Shown in pieces: positions 9,965 to 19,457 of a DNA stretch of 64,000 nt; position 1 is the stretch's first letter; the number at the start of each line of letters is the position of its first letter. A program made the position numbers and the translations under genes. Below the pieces are notes generated by a model. That model did not search any database, was not told where the DNA came from, and worked only from the letters and a program-made list of their open reading frames with translations. Source of the stretch: an uncultured Thermoleophilia bacterium (GTDB lineage Bacteria > Actinomycetota > Thermoleophilia > UBA2241); contig CAVPXV010000006.1 of assembly GCA_963709845.1 (NCBI GenBank), positions 346,243 to 410,242 on the forward strand, in the 5' to 3' direction.

Positions 9965-10888
9965 TCAGCGCAGCCGCGTGACGAAGCGCGCGTAGTCAGG
10001 GTCCTGGCCCCTCAGGACGGCCTGGTACCGCTCCCTGATGCGCGCCGTCACGGGGCCGATGCGGCTGCCGTTGACGGCGCGCGCGTCGACCTCGACCACC
10101 GGAGCCACGTAGGTCGACGTCCCGCAGGCGAAGACCTCGTCGGCGATGTACAGCTCGGTCAGGTCCACCTCGCGCTCGTGGGTCGGCACCCCGAGGTGCT
10201 CGGCCACCAGCAGCACGGTGCTGCGGTTGATCCCCTCGAGGAGGTCGCTGGCGGTGCTGGGAGTGATGAGCACGCCGCTCCGCACGATGAAGATGTTGGC
10301 GGCGCTGAGCTCGCAGACGTGCCCGGCCGCGTCGAGGAAGATGCAGTCGTCGTAGCCGCTGTCGATCGCGTCCTGCTTGGCGAGCACGGAGTTCACGTAG
10401 GCGCCGTTGACCTTGGCGCGCGAGGGGATGGCGTAGTCGGGGATGCGTCGCCACACGCTCGTCTTGAGGCGCGCGCCGTCGAGCGGCAGGATGGACTCCG
10501 CCGTGTAGACGAACATGCTGAGCAGCGTCGCCATGCCGCGCGAGCGCGTGCCCGGCAGCTCCTCGCTGACGTGCACACTTACCCTGACGAAGACGTCCTC
10601 CGCCACGTCGTTCGCGAGCACGACCTCCCTGACGGCCTCCACGAAGCGCGCCTCGCTCCAGGCCGGCTCGAAGGTGTCGATGCCGATGATGCGGGCGGAG
10701 TTCACGAGCCGGCGGTAGTGATCGGCGAGGCGGAAGGCGACTGCTTCATGATCACGCGTGATCGTGACGGGCAGGACCGTGTAGACGCTGAGGCCGTAGA
10801 GCACCGCCGCGCTGGTGATGCTCAGGGTCGCGTCCGCGGTCGGGATGATGCCGGAGCCGAAGTAGGCCCTGGGGTAGACCTGTGCCAT
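9965..10888 (-). CDS. ilvE: Branched-chain amino acid aminotransferase (class IV)
   Basis: FRLADHYRRL, RAKVNGAYVNS, ELSAANIF, LEGINR, EVFACGT. Confidence 0.85.
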   Translation of the reverse strand: MAQVYPRAYFGSGIIPTADATLSITSAAVLYGLSVYTVLPVTITRDHEAVAFRLADHYRRLVNSARIIGIDTFEPAWSEARFVEAVREVVLANDVAEDVFVRVSVHVSEELPGTRSRGMATLLSMFVYTAESILPLDGARLKTSVWRRIPDYAIPSRAKVNGAYVNSVLAKQDAIDSGYDDCIFLDAAGHVCELSAANIFIVRSGVLITPSTASDLLEGINRSTVLLVAEHLGVPTHEREVDLTELYIADEVFACGTSTYVAPVVEVDARAVNGSRIGPVTARIRERYQAVLRGQDPDYARFVTRLR

Positions 10889-11194
10889 GTGAGACCTCTG
10901 TCGCGCTCGATTGGGGCTTGCGCCTGGTCGGCCTCCGCAGGTGTCTGAGGCCGGTGGCGCCCGGGGCTGTTGCCGGGTGTACCTACCAGAACCCGCGGCC
11001 GCTCGCAACTGCGCCTCCGCGACGCCGCACGCCGGCGATGCCGCGGCCGTCGCAGTCGGCGCGGATGTCGGCGAGGCACTGGTGACATCGGGAAGCTCGC
11101 ATCGCACAAGCAGGCCGGCCGCCAAGCCTGAGCCACCGCTGACTCCTGCTTGCCTAGCGCCACGTGGGTGAGCAACGGCGTGGTGCGGGCGCCG

Positions 11195-11914
11195 TCATTC
11201 AGATGTTCCGGCGGAGAGGCCGCGGACGACCGGCCAAGCCGCGGCGAACGCGACATCGGCGCGCCGCTCGATCTCGGCACTGCGCCGCCGCATCTCCGTG
11301 ACATCGGGATCCTCGTCCAGGTACTTCAGGTTGATGTCGACGTCGACGGCGCCGCAACGGACGCACGTGATCGCCGTCTGCACGGCCACCGCAAGTTCGC
11401 TCGCGGCGGCGGTGTTGAAGCCGGCGCTGAGGCCCGCCGCGAGCTCGAGAACCTCAAGACAGGCATCCGCCGCGGCCAGCGGCACGGCCGCCGCGTGCCG
11501 CCTCGCGACGGTCATGGCGGCTCCGCGCGCCGCGTCCTCCTCCGTGGTGCCCCTGGGCAAGCGGGAGGACCCGGCGACCGCGAGGTAGGCGTCGGTGTCG
11601 GCATCGACGGCGGCGAGGAGTCGCGTCCTCAGGGCCTCGGCGGCCGCACACGTGGACCGTAGCTTCGCCCCATCGACCTCCACGCCCTCCTTGGCGACCG
11701 TCAGCCGGCACACCATGCCGACCAGGGCGGCGGCCATGGAGCCGGCGTAGGCAGCGACGCTCCCGCCCCCGGCTCGCGGGAACGGTGCCCCGACCTCGTT
11801 CGCGAAATCGCGAAGCGTGAGGTCGATCAACTTCCTCTTGGCGAGGTCTGGCGCGGGCTCCAGCACCTGAGCGAGAGGGTCTGCGACGTCATCGCCCACT
11901 CTGATTGCGCTCAT
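11195..11914 (-). CDS. Formiminotransferase-cyclodeaminase C-terminal (cyclodeaminase/cyclohydrolase) family
   Basis: PRAGGGSVAAYAGSMAAALVGMVCRLT, DADTDAY, VDINL. Confidence 0.85.
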   Translation of the reverse strand: MSAIRVGDDVADPLAQVLEPAPDLAKRKLIDLTLRDFANEVGAPFPRAGGGSVAAYAGSMAAALVGMVCRLTVAKEGVEVDGAKLRSTCAAAEALRTRLLAAVDADTDAYLAVAGSSRLPRGTTEEDAARGAAMTVARRHAAAVPLAAADACLEVLELAAGLSAGFNTAAASELAVAVQTAITCVRCGAVDVDINLKYLDEDPDVTEMRRRSAEIERRADVAFAAAWPVVRGLSAGTSE

Positions 11915-12103
11915 GGTCGCCTCCCCGTGCTCGTTCGACATGCGTCCTGCGCGGTTACCACCGTCCACGCAGTGTTTACCCGGGTCAGCGGATAATGCGC
12001 ACCGTTCACTTTGTCGTCCGTCGCGCAGGAGGCGGGCGGAGCGCCTCCGGGCCCTGGGGCTTGCGGGGACCATCATGAGGCAGATCCGCCGCGGTGCGCG
12101 GAT

Positions 12104-13057
12104 CTACGGGGTGAGCACGACCCGGCCCATGACGCGCAGATAGTGGGCCCAGTAGCCTTGCAGGTCGCCGTAGTGGTCGGCGCGGCGCTGCACCTCCTCG
12201 GGCGGCAGCGGCTGGCCGTTGCCGTAGACGTGGCCCGCGATGCGCAGGAGCGCGCGATCGCCGTAAGGGATGCGCTCCATGCGCCCCAAACTGCGGATCA
12301 TGATGAACGCGGCCGACCAGGCGCCCACCCCGGGGATGGCGCGGAGCCAGCGGGACACCTCGTCGTAGGGACCCTCACGAAGGAAGGCCTCGTCTACCTC
12401 ACTGAAGGCGACCGCGGCGCTGTGGATGTATTCGGCCCGGCGGCTGTTGCGCAGCAGCCGCGTGAGGTCCTCGACGCTCGCCCGCACGACCGCCTTGGCG
12501 CCGGGGAAGGGCCAGTACTCCCTGCCATCGAACTCGACGGCTGCCGAGAACTCCCGGATCATCGCGCGCTTCATCTGCTGCGCGACGGCCAGCAGGTTGC
12601 GCTGCGAGAGGATCGTCCAGCACGCGTTCTCGAACGGCGTGAGGAACTTGACCTGGTGGTAGCCGTAGAGCTCTCGCTTGACGGTCACGAAGGGCGGATC
12701 GGAGTCGATCAGCTCGTAGAAGCGGTGCAGGTCGTCGTAGACGCTGAGGTAGGTCTCGACACGGCGCACGAGTGCGGCTGCGTCGGCCTCGCTCAGAGCC
12801 TCGTCGGCGTGGAGCTCATAGCGCAGCTCCGGCTCCTCCACGGTGCCGGTCGCGGAGAGCTTGACGGCGACAGGCGTTTGGCTGGCCCAGGCCGCCCGCT
12901 TGAGCGATCTCTCCGAGACCACCTGTTCGCCGTGCATGGGAGGGAACGTCACGATGAAGTCGAGCGCCTGATCGAAATCGAAGGGGGCGACCGGTCGTAC
13001 CGTGCCTTCGCGCTGCAGTCGGGCCAAGCTCCACCTCCGCGTCTCGGTGACCGCCAC
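12104..13057 (-). CDS. alkA: DNA-3-methyladenine glycosylase II (AlkA/HhH-GPD family)
   Basis: FENACWTILSQ, HhH motif LRAIPGVGAWSA, PYGD. Confidence 0.85.
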   Translation of the reverse strand: MAVTETRRWSLARLQREGTVRPVAPFDFDQALDFIVTFPPMHGEQVVSERSLKRAAWASQTPVAVKLSATGTVEEPELRYELHADEALSEADAAALVRRVETYLSVYDDLHRFYELIDSDPPFVTVKRELYGYHQVKFLTPFENACWTILSQRNLLAVAQQMKRAMIREFSAAVEFDGREYWPFPGAKAVVRASVEDLTRLLRNSRRAEYIHSAAVAFSEVDEAFLREGPYDEVSRWLRAIPGVGAWSAAFIMIRSLGRMERIPYGDRALLRIAGHVYGNGQPLPPEEVQRRADHYGDLQGYWAHYLRVMGRVVLTP

Positions 13058-13099
13058 GTACCCGATGGCGGCCCGTCGCTAACGCGGTCGTGCGCTGGG

Positions 13100-13453
13100 T
13101 CAGATGGCGAGAGGTAGGCGGGTCTCCTCTTCGGCCTCGCCGGGTCGGCCGACGCTCACGCGCAGGCAGCCCTCATCGTAGAGTCGCTCGGCGCAGAGAG
13201 GGCAGGCGAGCGAAAGCCCGTCGCCGCGGCGCACGAGCACCGGCTTCTCGCCGGCCAGCAGTACGCGACCGCAGCCGTCACAGTGTTCCGCTTCCTCGCT
13301 CCAGGCAGGGATGCCGTGCTCGCGCAGTCGCCTCAAATGACGCTGACGCAGTTCACCCTGCAGCGGCGCCGTGCCTTCCTCACGCCCGGACTCTGCGGCC
13401 ACAGACTGTGGCCGCCAAGTGAACAACTGCCGCCAGACTCCCCGTGCTCCCAT
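13100..13453 (-). CDS. Small hypothetical protein with two CxxC pairs (putative zinc ribbon)
   Basis: HCDGCGR...ACPLCAE; GAGGAG RBS before ATG at 13453. Confidence 0.6.
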   Translation of the reverse strand: MGARGVWRQLFTWRPQSVAAESGREEGTAPLQGELRQRHLRRLREHGIPAWSEEAEHCDGCGRVLLAGEKPVLVRRGDGLSLACPLCAERLYDEGCLRVSVGRPGEAEEETRLPLAI

Positions 13454-13673
13454 CGCCAGGACGCTCCTCTCCGCTTCGCTCCTGGCAGAGAGGTGCCCGC
13501 GCCGCGGCGCTCCAAACGCGGGCATCGTTGGCGGCCGAAGCAGCGTGCCGGCGCGGATCGGTCCGCATGACAGGACGCAGATGCCCGCCTTGACCGGCAG
13601 GCGCCGCGGGGTGGCCCGCCCGGACAGGTCTTCGACCTCCGGAATGGCAGATCCGAGCGTCGGCCGCCTGCGG

Positions 13674-14135
13674 TCAGCGATCGCCAGACGACTTGCCTTG
13701 GCCGCCTGCGTGGGCCTTGCCACCGTGGCCTGTCTTGGCGTGGGCCTTGCCACCGTAGCCTGACTTGGCGTGCGCCACGGCCGAGACGGCCATGCCGTGA
13801 TTCGTGATGGTCTTGCCGTTCGCGAGCGTCTTGCTGCCCACCGCACCCTTGTCCTTGGCCACCTTTGAGACGGCCGCGCCGTGGGCACCCTGGGCCCCGG
13901 TCTCGTCGGCTTCCTTCTGCGCGCTGGTCGCACTCGGCGTCGGCGATGGCATCGAAGGCTCTGTCGCACTGGCGCTGGGCTCCGGCGAAGGCGAGCCGTT
14001 CACATCGTCAGCGGGCACCGCCGCCGCCACCGCGGCGACGAACGCACGGACCTCGCTGCGCATGGAAGCCGAGGCGACGCTGGCGAGCACGAGCATGCCG
14101 CAGACTATCGCGGCGGCGATCCAGAGCTTGCGCAT
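13674..14135 (-). CDS. Secreted hypothetical protein with HGxAVSxxA motifs
   Basis: Sec signal MRKLWIAAAIVCGMLVLASVASA, S/P/T linker, HGAAVSKVA and HGMAVSAVA; GGAGG RBS. Confidence 0.8.
   Translation of the reverse strand: MRKLWIAAAIVCGMLVLASVASASMRSEVRAFVAAVAAAVPADDVNGSPSPEPSASATEPSMPSPTPSATSAQKEADETGAQGAHGAAVSKVAKDKGAVGSKTLANGKTITNHGMAVSAVAHAKSGYGGKAHAKTGHGGKAHAGGQGKSSGDR
13708..13772. repeat. 30-bp intragenic tandem repeat (about 2 copies)
   Basis: GCGTGGGCCTTGCCACCGT(G/A)GCCTG(T/A)CTTG twice; encodes K(S/T)G(Y/H)GGKAHA. Confidence 0.85.
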
Positions 14136-14222
14136 GGCGTACCTCCGTCAAGGATGCGCGGGACGCGCAGCACCGTTCCGCGGGCGCTTCACGCCTCCTG
14201 CCTGCTGATGATCCTTTCACTC

Positions 14223-14249
14223 TTATCGGCGACCGCCGACGGGGCTTCA
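14223..14249 (-). promoter_or_regulatory. Sigma28 (FliA/WhiG)-like promoter
   Basis: TGAA-N15-GCCGATAA on the minus strand, about 90 nt upstream of the 14135 start. Confidence 0.55.
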
Positions 14250-14327
14250 GCCTTCGCCGTTGTCCGAACCGGGGACAAGGCCGCGGGTCGCTGTGCCCGA
14301 CTGCTGCACCTTCCAACCTGCGCCGGC

Positions 14328-14552
14328 TCCGTGCCGCACCTCGACACCACGGCCGCGGCGATGCTCAAGGAGCTGATCGCCGAGCTGCGCGATCAAGGCG
14401 TGGAGCTGGCCTTCGCCCGCGCCACGACCGGCCTGATCCACGACATGGAGCGCAACGGGATCGCGAAGCTCATCGGCGACGACCGCTTCTACGACACCGT
14501 CGCCGCCGGAGTCGACGATTGCCTGCATCACTCGCAGCCCCGGTTGGGCTGA
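14328..14552 (+). pseudogene. STAS domain remnant (C-terminus of a SulP-type transporter)
   Basis: SVPHLDTTAAAMLKELIAELRDQGVELAFAR...IGDDRFYDTVAAGV; no start codon or TM domain upstream. Confidence 0.7.
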
Positions 14553-14738
14553 GGCCGCGACGCCACTCGTGCGAGAGGGCGCCGAATGCCGCCGACCTGC
14601 CCGAGATCACATCGCCATCACGCTTGACACCTTGCGCACGCCACCCGCAGAGGCGGGAAGAGGCGACGGCGCTGATCGCACGGCTGGCGTTCGATCAGGA
14701 CGACGCGGGCGACGGCGACGAGCAGGTTCGCCCGAGCG

Positions 14739-15047
14739 TCAGCCCCGACCGCGCCGCGCGCCACGCTTGTCGTCCCTGACGCCCACGGAGGCCGTATAGG
14801 GCAGCAGGGCCATCTCGCGGGCCCTCTTGATGGCCACGGCGACCTGGCGCTGGTGGCGCCGGCAAGCACCGCTGACGCGGCGAGTCTTGATCTTGCCGCG
14901 ATCGCTCACGAAGCGTCGAAGGGTCGTCACGTCCTTGTAGTCGACCTCGTCCACCTTCTCCTTGCAGAAGGAACAGTAGCGACGACGCGCCGGGTCGACG
15001 GGGCGACCCTTCTTGGGCGCCCGTGGTTGAGCTTTGCTCTTAGGCAT
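14739..15047 (-). CDS. rpsR: 30S ribosomal protein S18, zinc-binding form, stand-alone
   Basis: RRYCSFC...[48 protein letters not shown]. Confidence 0.95.
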   Translation of the reverse strand: MPKSKAQPRAPKKGRPVDPARRRYCSFCKEKVDEVDYKDVTTLRRFVSDRGKIKTRRVSGACRRHQRQVAVAIKRAREMALLPYTASVGVRDDKRGARRGRG

Positions 15048-15241
15048 TCATGTCCCTTCTGCGGCCATCCATCCATGCCGGCGTTCAGACCAGCCTACCA
15101 GTGAGACTATCATGAGGGCCTTCGTCCTGGTGATGGTGGCGTACAACGCATATGGCACGAGTCTTCCCCGGGCCCTATCCAGATAGGCGGCCTCCCGTTC
15201 GCCGTCGCGCCATGCACCCCCACCTGTGAGTAGCGCGCGAA

Positions 15242-17192
15242 CTAGATGTCTCTCCGCGCCGGTGCGCCGCCCGGCAGGACCTTGGCACGTCCCGGCCTCG
15301 TCAGGAAGGCCAGAAGGTAGAGGACGAAGACCACGGCCAGCAGGGCGCGGTATCCGGTGATCAGCGCGGCGTACTCGAGCACTCCTCCCACCATCGCCCC
15401 CACGAGATTGGCGCCGAAAGCGACCGTCGAGGATCCGACGTCGCGGAACCGCTGGGCGAACACGAGGTTGGCGAGAAAGACGGGCGCGAAGGCGATGCCG
15501 ATGGCGGCGCCGAGACGAGGCAAGAAAGGCATCGCGAGCAGCGTTTCCGGGGGCACCAGCCACGCGATCACGAGGGCCGCCGTCAGCAGCAGGTAGAGCA
15601 GCTTCGCCGGGGGCAGCGTCAGGCGCTTGGCGACCTCGACGGCCGACAAGACGGCCAGGAGGATGCCGAAGAACACGAGCGCATTCACGAACCAGGTGGT
15701 CCCGAACAACAAGGCGAACTGCACCACGTTCTTGGTCTCGAGCAACAAGAACGCGGCACCCATGAAGAACAGGTCGAGGTAGGGCCGCATCTCGCCGAAC
15801 CGTCCGCCGAAGTGACGCGTCAGCGCCGCGGATCCCAGGAGGATGAGAAGCAGGGTGACCAAGTAGAACCGAGGAATCGAACGGGACTTGAGGTAGGGGA
15901 ACGGCCAATCGTCGGTGGCGACCATGGGAGGGCGCGCGGGCGAGACCCAGGGCGTCGAACGCACGATGTCGTCGGCGGCGCGCCCCACAGTCAGGACGCC
16001 CTGTCGCCGCGGCCCCAGCCCAACGGGCCCTCGATCGATGGAAGGAGGATGCCCGAAGGCTCTGGTGACCGTCTCGGCGTAGCGATCGAAGACCTCGGGC
16101 CGGTAGTAGTTGTACATGGTGAAGACCCCACCGGCGCGCAGGTGGCGCCGCACCGACTGCATCGCCTGCAAGGTGAACAAGTAGCTCTCCAAGCGCAGCG
16201 AGGACTGGCCGCTGACGAGCGTCAGCGAGTCTGGCAGGGCGAAGACGATCAGGTCGTAGCGGCGGTCGCTGCGCTCGAGAAAGGCTCGCCCGTCGTCGAT
16301 GTGCACGCTGACCCGAGGGTCTTCGTAGGGACGATCGGGGTGGTCGCGAGCGCCGATCGACTGGATCACCGGGTCGATCTCGACGGCGTCGATGTGCCGC
16401 GCGCCCTGCGAGAGGGCGACGGCGACGTCGTTGCCGTTTCCTGCTCCCACGATCAAGACATCGCCCGGCCGCCCCTTGAGGTGGCGATAAGGATAGAGGT
16501 AGAAGGCGTTGCTGCGGCGCAGGACGCTCGTGGGGTAGATCGATTGGTGTGGCAGACCGTTGACCTGGATCGCCTCCACCCCCCGAGGTGAGCGCGAGAC
16601 GCTCACCTTGTAGTAGGGCGACCAGTACTGATTTGGAGCGAGCGAGACTGCGCCGAGTAGGAGCACGATGACCAGCAAGGCCACCATCTGCGCGGGCCGA
16701 AGCCTCCAGCGAAGCAGAGGGAGGAAGGCCGCTGCGACGACGACGCCCCAGACGACCGGCGGCGAGTGGAGGAACGCCAGCCCCGAGAAGGCCGCGATCC
16801 CGAGCAGACTCCCCAGGATGTCGAGGCGGTAGGCGGTGAGGGGCGGGAACGTGGCAAAGGTGCGCGCTACTCCCTCGGCGACCAGCGCCATGGCTGCCGT
16901 GACGAGCACGAAGATGAGCGGCAGGCTGATCCAGACCGGCAGGGCGGGCGACCCGAAGATGCCCTACCAGGCGGCCGAGGTGGCCAGCCTGGACAGGGAA
17001 GAGAACGACGAAGCCCAGGAGGACCGCGAGGACGACCGGTGCCTGCCCGAAGTGATCGCTCCGCGAGCCCGCTCGCAAGAAGCCGACGCCGATGCCGAGG
17101 AAGCTCGCCAGCAGCACGAAGTTGGTGAAGTAGGCGAGATACACGACGTTGGCAGCGCCCCAGCGGATCAGCATGAGCTCGAGGAAGAGCAT
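15242..17192 (-). CDS. Membrane-bound spermidine synthase-like SAM-dependent protein (frameshift near 16970; true start slightly upstream, unresolved)
   Basis: N-terminal TM block FLELMLIRW..., VLIVGAGNGNDV, AVEIDP, DDGRAFL, ATDDWPFPY, C-terminal TM block. Confidence 0.8.
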
Positions 17193-17290
17193 CAGGAAGC
17201 TGAGGAGCAGCAGCCTGAGTCGCCGGCGGCGATCGTGCGAGGAAGATGCCTGACCCGGCGTGACGCCGGCGGGCGCGGGTCGAGAAGGCT

Positions 17291-17668
17291 TCAGCGCTGG
17301 ACCTCAGCCCGCAGACCACAGAGCGGCGCTACGTCGCTCAGACTCACCCGGCGGTGGTCGTCGTGGGCGGGCAGCACCGGCTCGCCACTCCAGTCATCGA
17401 CCCAGAAGGCCAGCACGTGAATGGTGGCGTGTGGGTAGCGGTGGGTGCACTCGGCGGACGCTCGGCCGGCGACCGCCTCGATGGTGCACTCCTCGGCGAG
17501 CTCTCGCGTCAGGCGCTCATCCGGGCTCCTGCCCACATCGAACCTGCTACCGGGCAGCTCCCGGTGACATGCGAGACGGTCGCCGCTTGGCGGCGGAGCG
17601 AGAAGCACCGCGCCGTCCTCGACGAGGATCGCGGCAGTGACCCGCGCTACCTCATCGCTCATGGCCAT
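17291..17668 (-). CDS. NUDIX hydrolase, MutT-like, degenerate box (possible pseudogene)
   Basis: VTAAILVEDGAVLL...ELPG...LTRELAEEC...HRYPHATIHV. Confidence 0.65.
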   Translation of the reverse strand: MAMSDEVARVTAAILVEDGAVLLAPPPSGDRLACHRELPGSRFDVGRSPDERLTRELAEECTIEAVAGRASAECTHRYPHATIHVLAFWVDDWSGEPVLPAHDDHRRVSLSDVAPLCGLRAEVQR

Positions 17669-17929
17669 GTCCTTCCCACGGAACCCCCGTCGATGCTGAC
17701 GACAGGATAACTTGTTCGTGCGAAGAGGGCTGACGAGACGGGAGACGAGGCGCGGAGGGCGGCTTTCTTGTGTACCCGTCTCGGGTCGGCTGCGTAGCCG
17801 CCCCCCTGGCGAGCTGAGCGGCCACCGTTTCCGACCCGTGAGTACGGCGGAGACCGGTCAGCGGACGACGACGGGGCAGTGGCGCGGGGCCAGCCGCATG
17901 CCGTCAAGGCGCCCCTCCACCCCTCCGAT

Positions 17930-18457
17930 TCAGGGGTCGCGCGGCGGACGCGGGATCCAACGCGGGACCGTGCCTCGGTGAATCTCGTACGCCTCGCCGA
18001 ACCGGGCTCGCAGCCTCGGCTCCTCGTAGCCGACGACGAACAGGTGAAACGCGACCGCCAGCGCGGCGGCATAGAGAAGAAGATCGATCGAGAGGAACAG
18101 CCACGCCTCGCCGGAGACGACGAGCAAAGCGCCGATGTAGATGGGGTTCCGGACCCAGCGGTATTGCCCGACGCCGACGAAGCGCCGGGGCGAGTCCCAC
18201 AGTCCTGGTGTCCCGCGGCCGACGGCTCCGAACAGCCACAGGCAGGAGAAGTACAAGAGGAGGCCGGCTGCTATGACGGCGGCGGCGGGCCAGGCGACCG
18301 GACTCGGCGACTCGCCCCGGCGCGTGAGGATCAGCCAGGGAACGTACACGCCCCCTGCCCCGCGGCACAACCAGCGTGAAGACGAGGTTACGCAGCAGAA
18401 GGCTCGTCGATGGCCGCCCTCTCTGACGGTCCTCGCGCCGCCGCGCCCTCGTGTCAT
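17930..18457 (-). CDS. Isoprenylcysteine carboxyl methyltransferase family protein (frameshift near 18365)
   Basis: GRGTP, YRWVRNPIYIG, YEEPRLRARFG; the N-terminal TM LLLRNLVFTLVVP is in another frame. Confidence 0.8.
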   Translation of the reverse strand: MTRGRGGARTVREGGHRRAFCCVTSSSRWLCRGAGGVYVPWLILTRRGESPSPVAWPAAAVIAAGLLLYFSCLWLFGAVGRGTPGLWDSPRRFVGVGQYRWVRNPIYIGALLVVSGEAWLFLSIDLLLYAAALAVAFHLFVVGYEEPRLRARFGEAYEIHRGTVPRWIPRPPRDP

Positions 18458-18469
18458 TCGCTCGCGGCT

Positions 18470-19294
18470 CTACGCGGCGGACCGCCTTGACCCGTTGCCC
18501 GCCGCCGCGCGCTCTTCCTGGAAGAACTCGACCAACACGGGCGCCAAGGCCTCCACAGCCACGTCGTGACGCTGGCCCTCGAGCTCCCGGTAGCGCCCGG
18601 CCGGCATGTTCTCCACCAAAGCGGTAGCCGTGTCGCGCATGAACGGGTAGCTCTCGCTCCCGTTCATCACCAGCGTCGGCGCCCGGAGGTCCGCAGCCCG
18701 CGCGATGGGCACGGCGCGGTCCTCGCCGAGGATGGCTGCGTCGTAGACGAGCGTCGGCGCCACCGCCTCGAGCGGCGGCCACATCGGCGTCTCCCGCATC
18801 GCCGCGACCTGCTCGGCCGGGACACCGACCAAGGCCATGAAGAGCGCGACCGCATCGCCTCGGCGATCGGCCGCCAGCAGCTCCCTGAGCCGCCGTCTGT
18901 AGTCCCGCCAGAGCTGTACATCTTCGGCGTTGTAGGGAGGCTCGTAGAGGGCGACCGCCTTGACCTGCTCGCCGAGCCCGAGCGCCGCCTCCAGGGCGAG
19001 GGCCGCGCCCGAGGAGATGCCGTAGAGAGACGCGGCGGTGCCGGCCTTGCCGATGAGCGCCCCGATGTCTTCGACCTCGCGCTCGACGGCGTAGGGCAGC
19101 GTGTCGCTGCTCTCGCCGCGGCCGCGGCGGTCGTAGGTGATGACGCTGAAGTGCGGTGCGAGGAGCGCCGCCAGCTTCGGCATGTACCCGAACGACCTTG
19201 AGCCCAGCGCGCCGTCGATCAACAGCAGCAGGTCGCCCTCACCGCTCTGTTCGTAGGCGATCTTCGTACCGTCTTTTGAGATCACATGAGGCAT
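18470..19294 (-). CDS. Alpha/beta fold hydrolase
   Basis: SKDGTKIAYE, YDRRGRGES, GISSGA nucleophile elbow, GQRH. Confidence 0.9.
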   Translation of the reverse strand: MPHVISKDGTKIAYEQSGEGDLLLLIDGALGSRSFGYMPKLAALLAPHFSVITYDRRGRGESSDTLPYAVEREVEDIGALIGKAGTAASLYGISSGAALALEAALGLGEQVKAVALYEPPYNAEDVQLWRDYRRRLRELLAADRRGDAVALFMALVGVPAEQVAAMRETPMWPPLEAVAPTLVYDAAILGEDRAVPIARAADLRAPTLVMNGSESYPFMRDTATALVENMPAGRYRELEGQRHDVAVEALAPVLVEFFQEERAAAGNGSRRSAA

Positions 19295-19457
19295 GGCCCG
19301 CCTCCTTGCTGCGTTTGACGGACAAGGGGAAGATTGCCGGTTGGGAGGGAGTGAAACGCGGCGCGGGTGTTCGCGCGTGCGCGAAGCGTAGGGGTCACTC
19401 TTCGTCCATCAGCGGCACGAGCCAACGGCGGAGCCTGGAACAGTGCCTGAAGGCACG

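Noticed and set aside
10889-11160. Possible riboswitch or T-box upstream of ilvE
   Set aside because: Contains CCGGCAAC, but I could not build a SAM or T-box consensus structure; needs an Rfam scan
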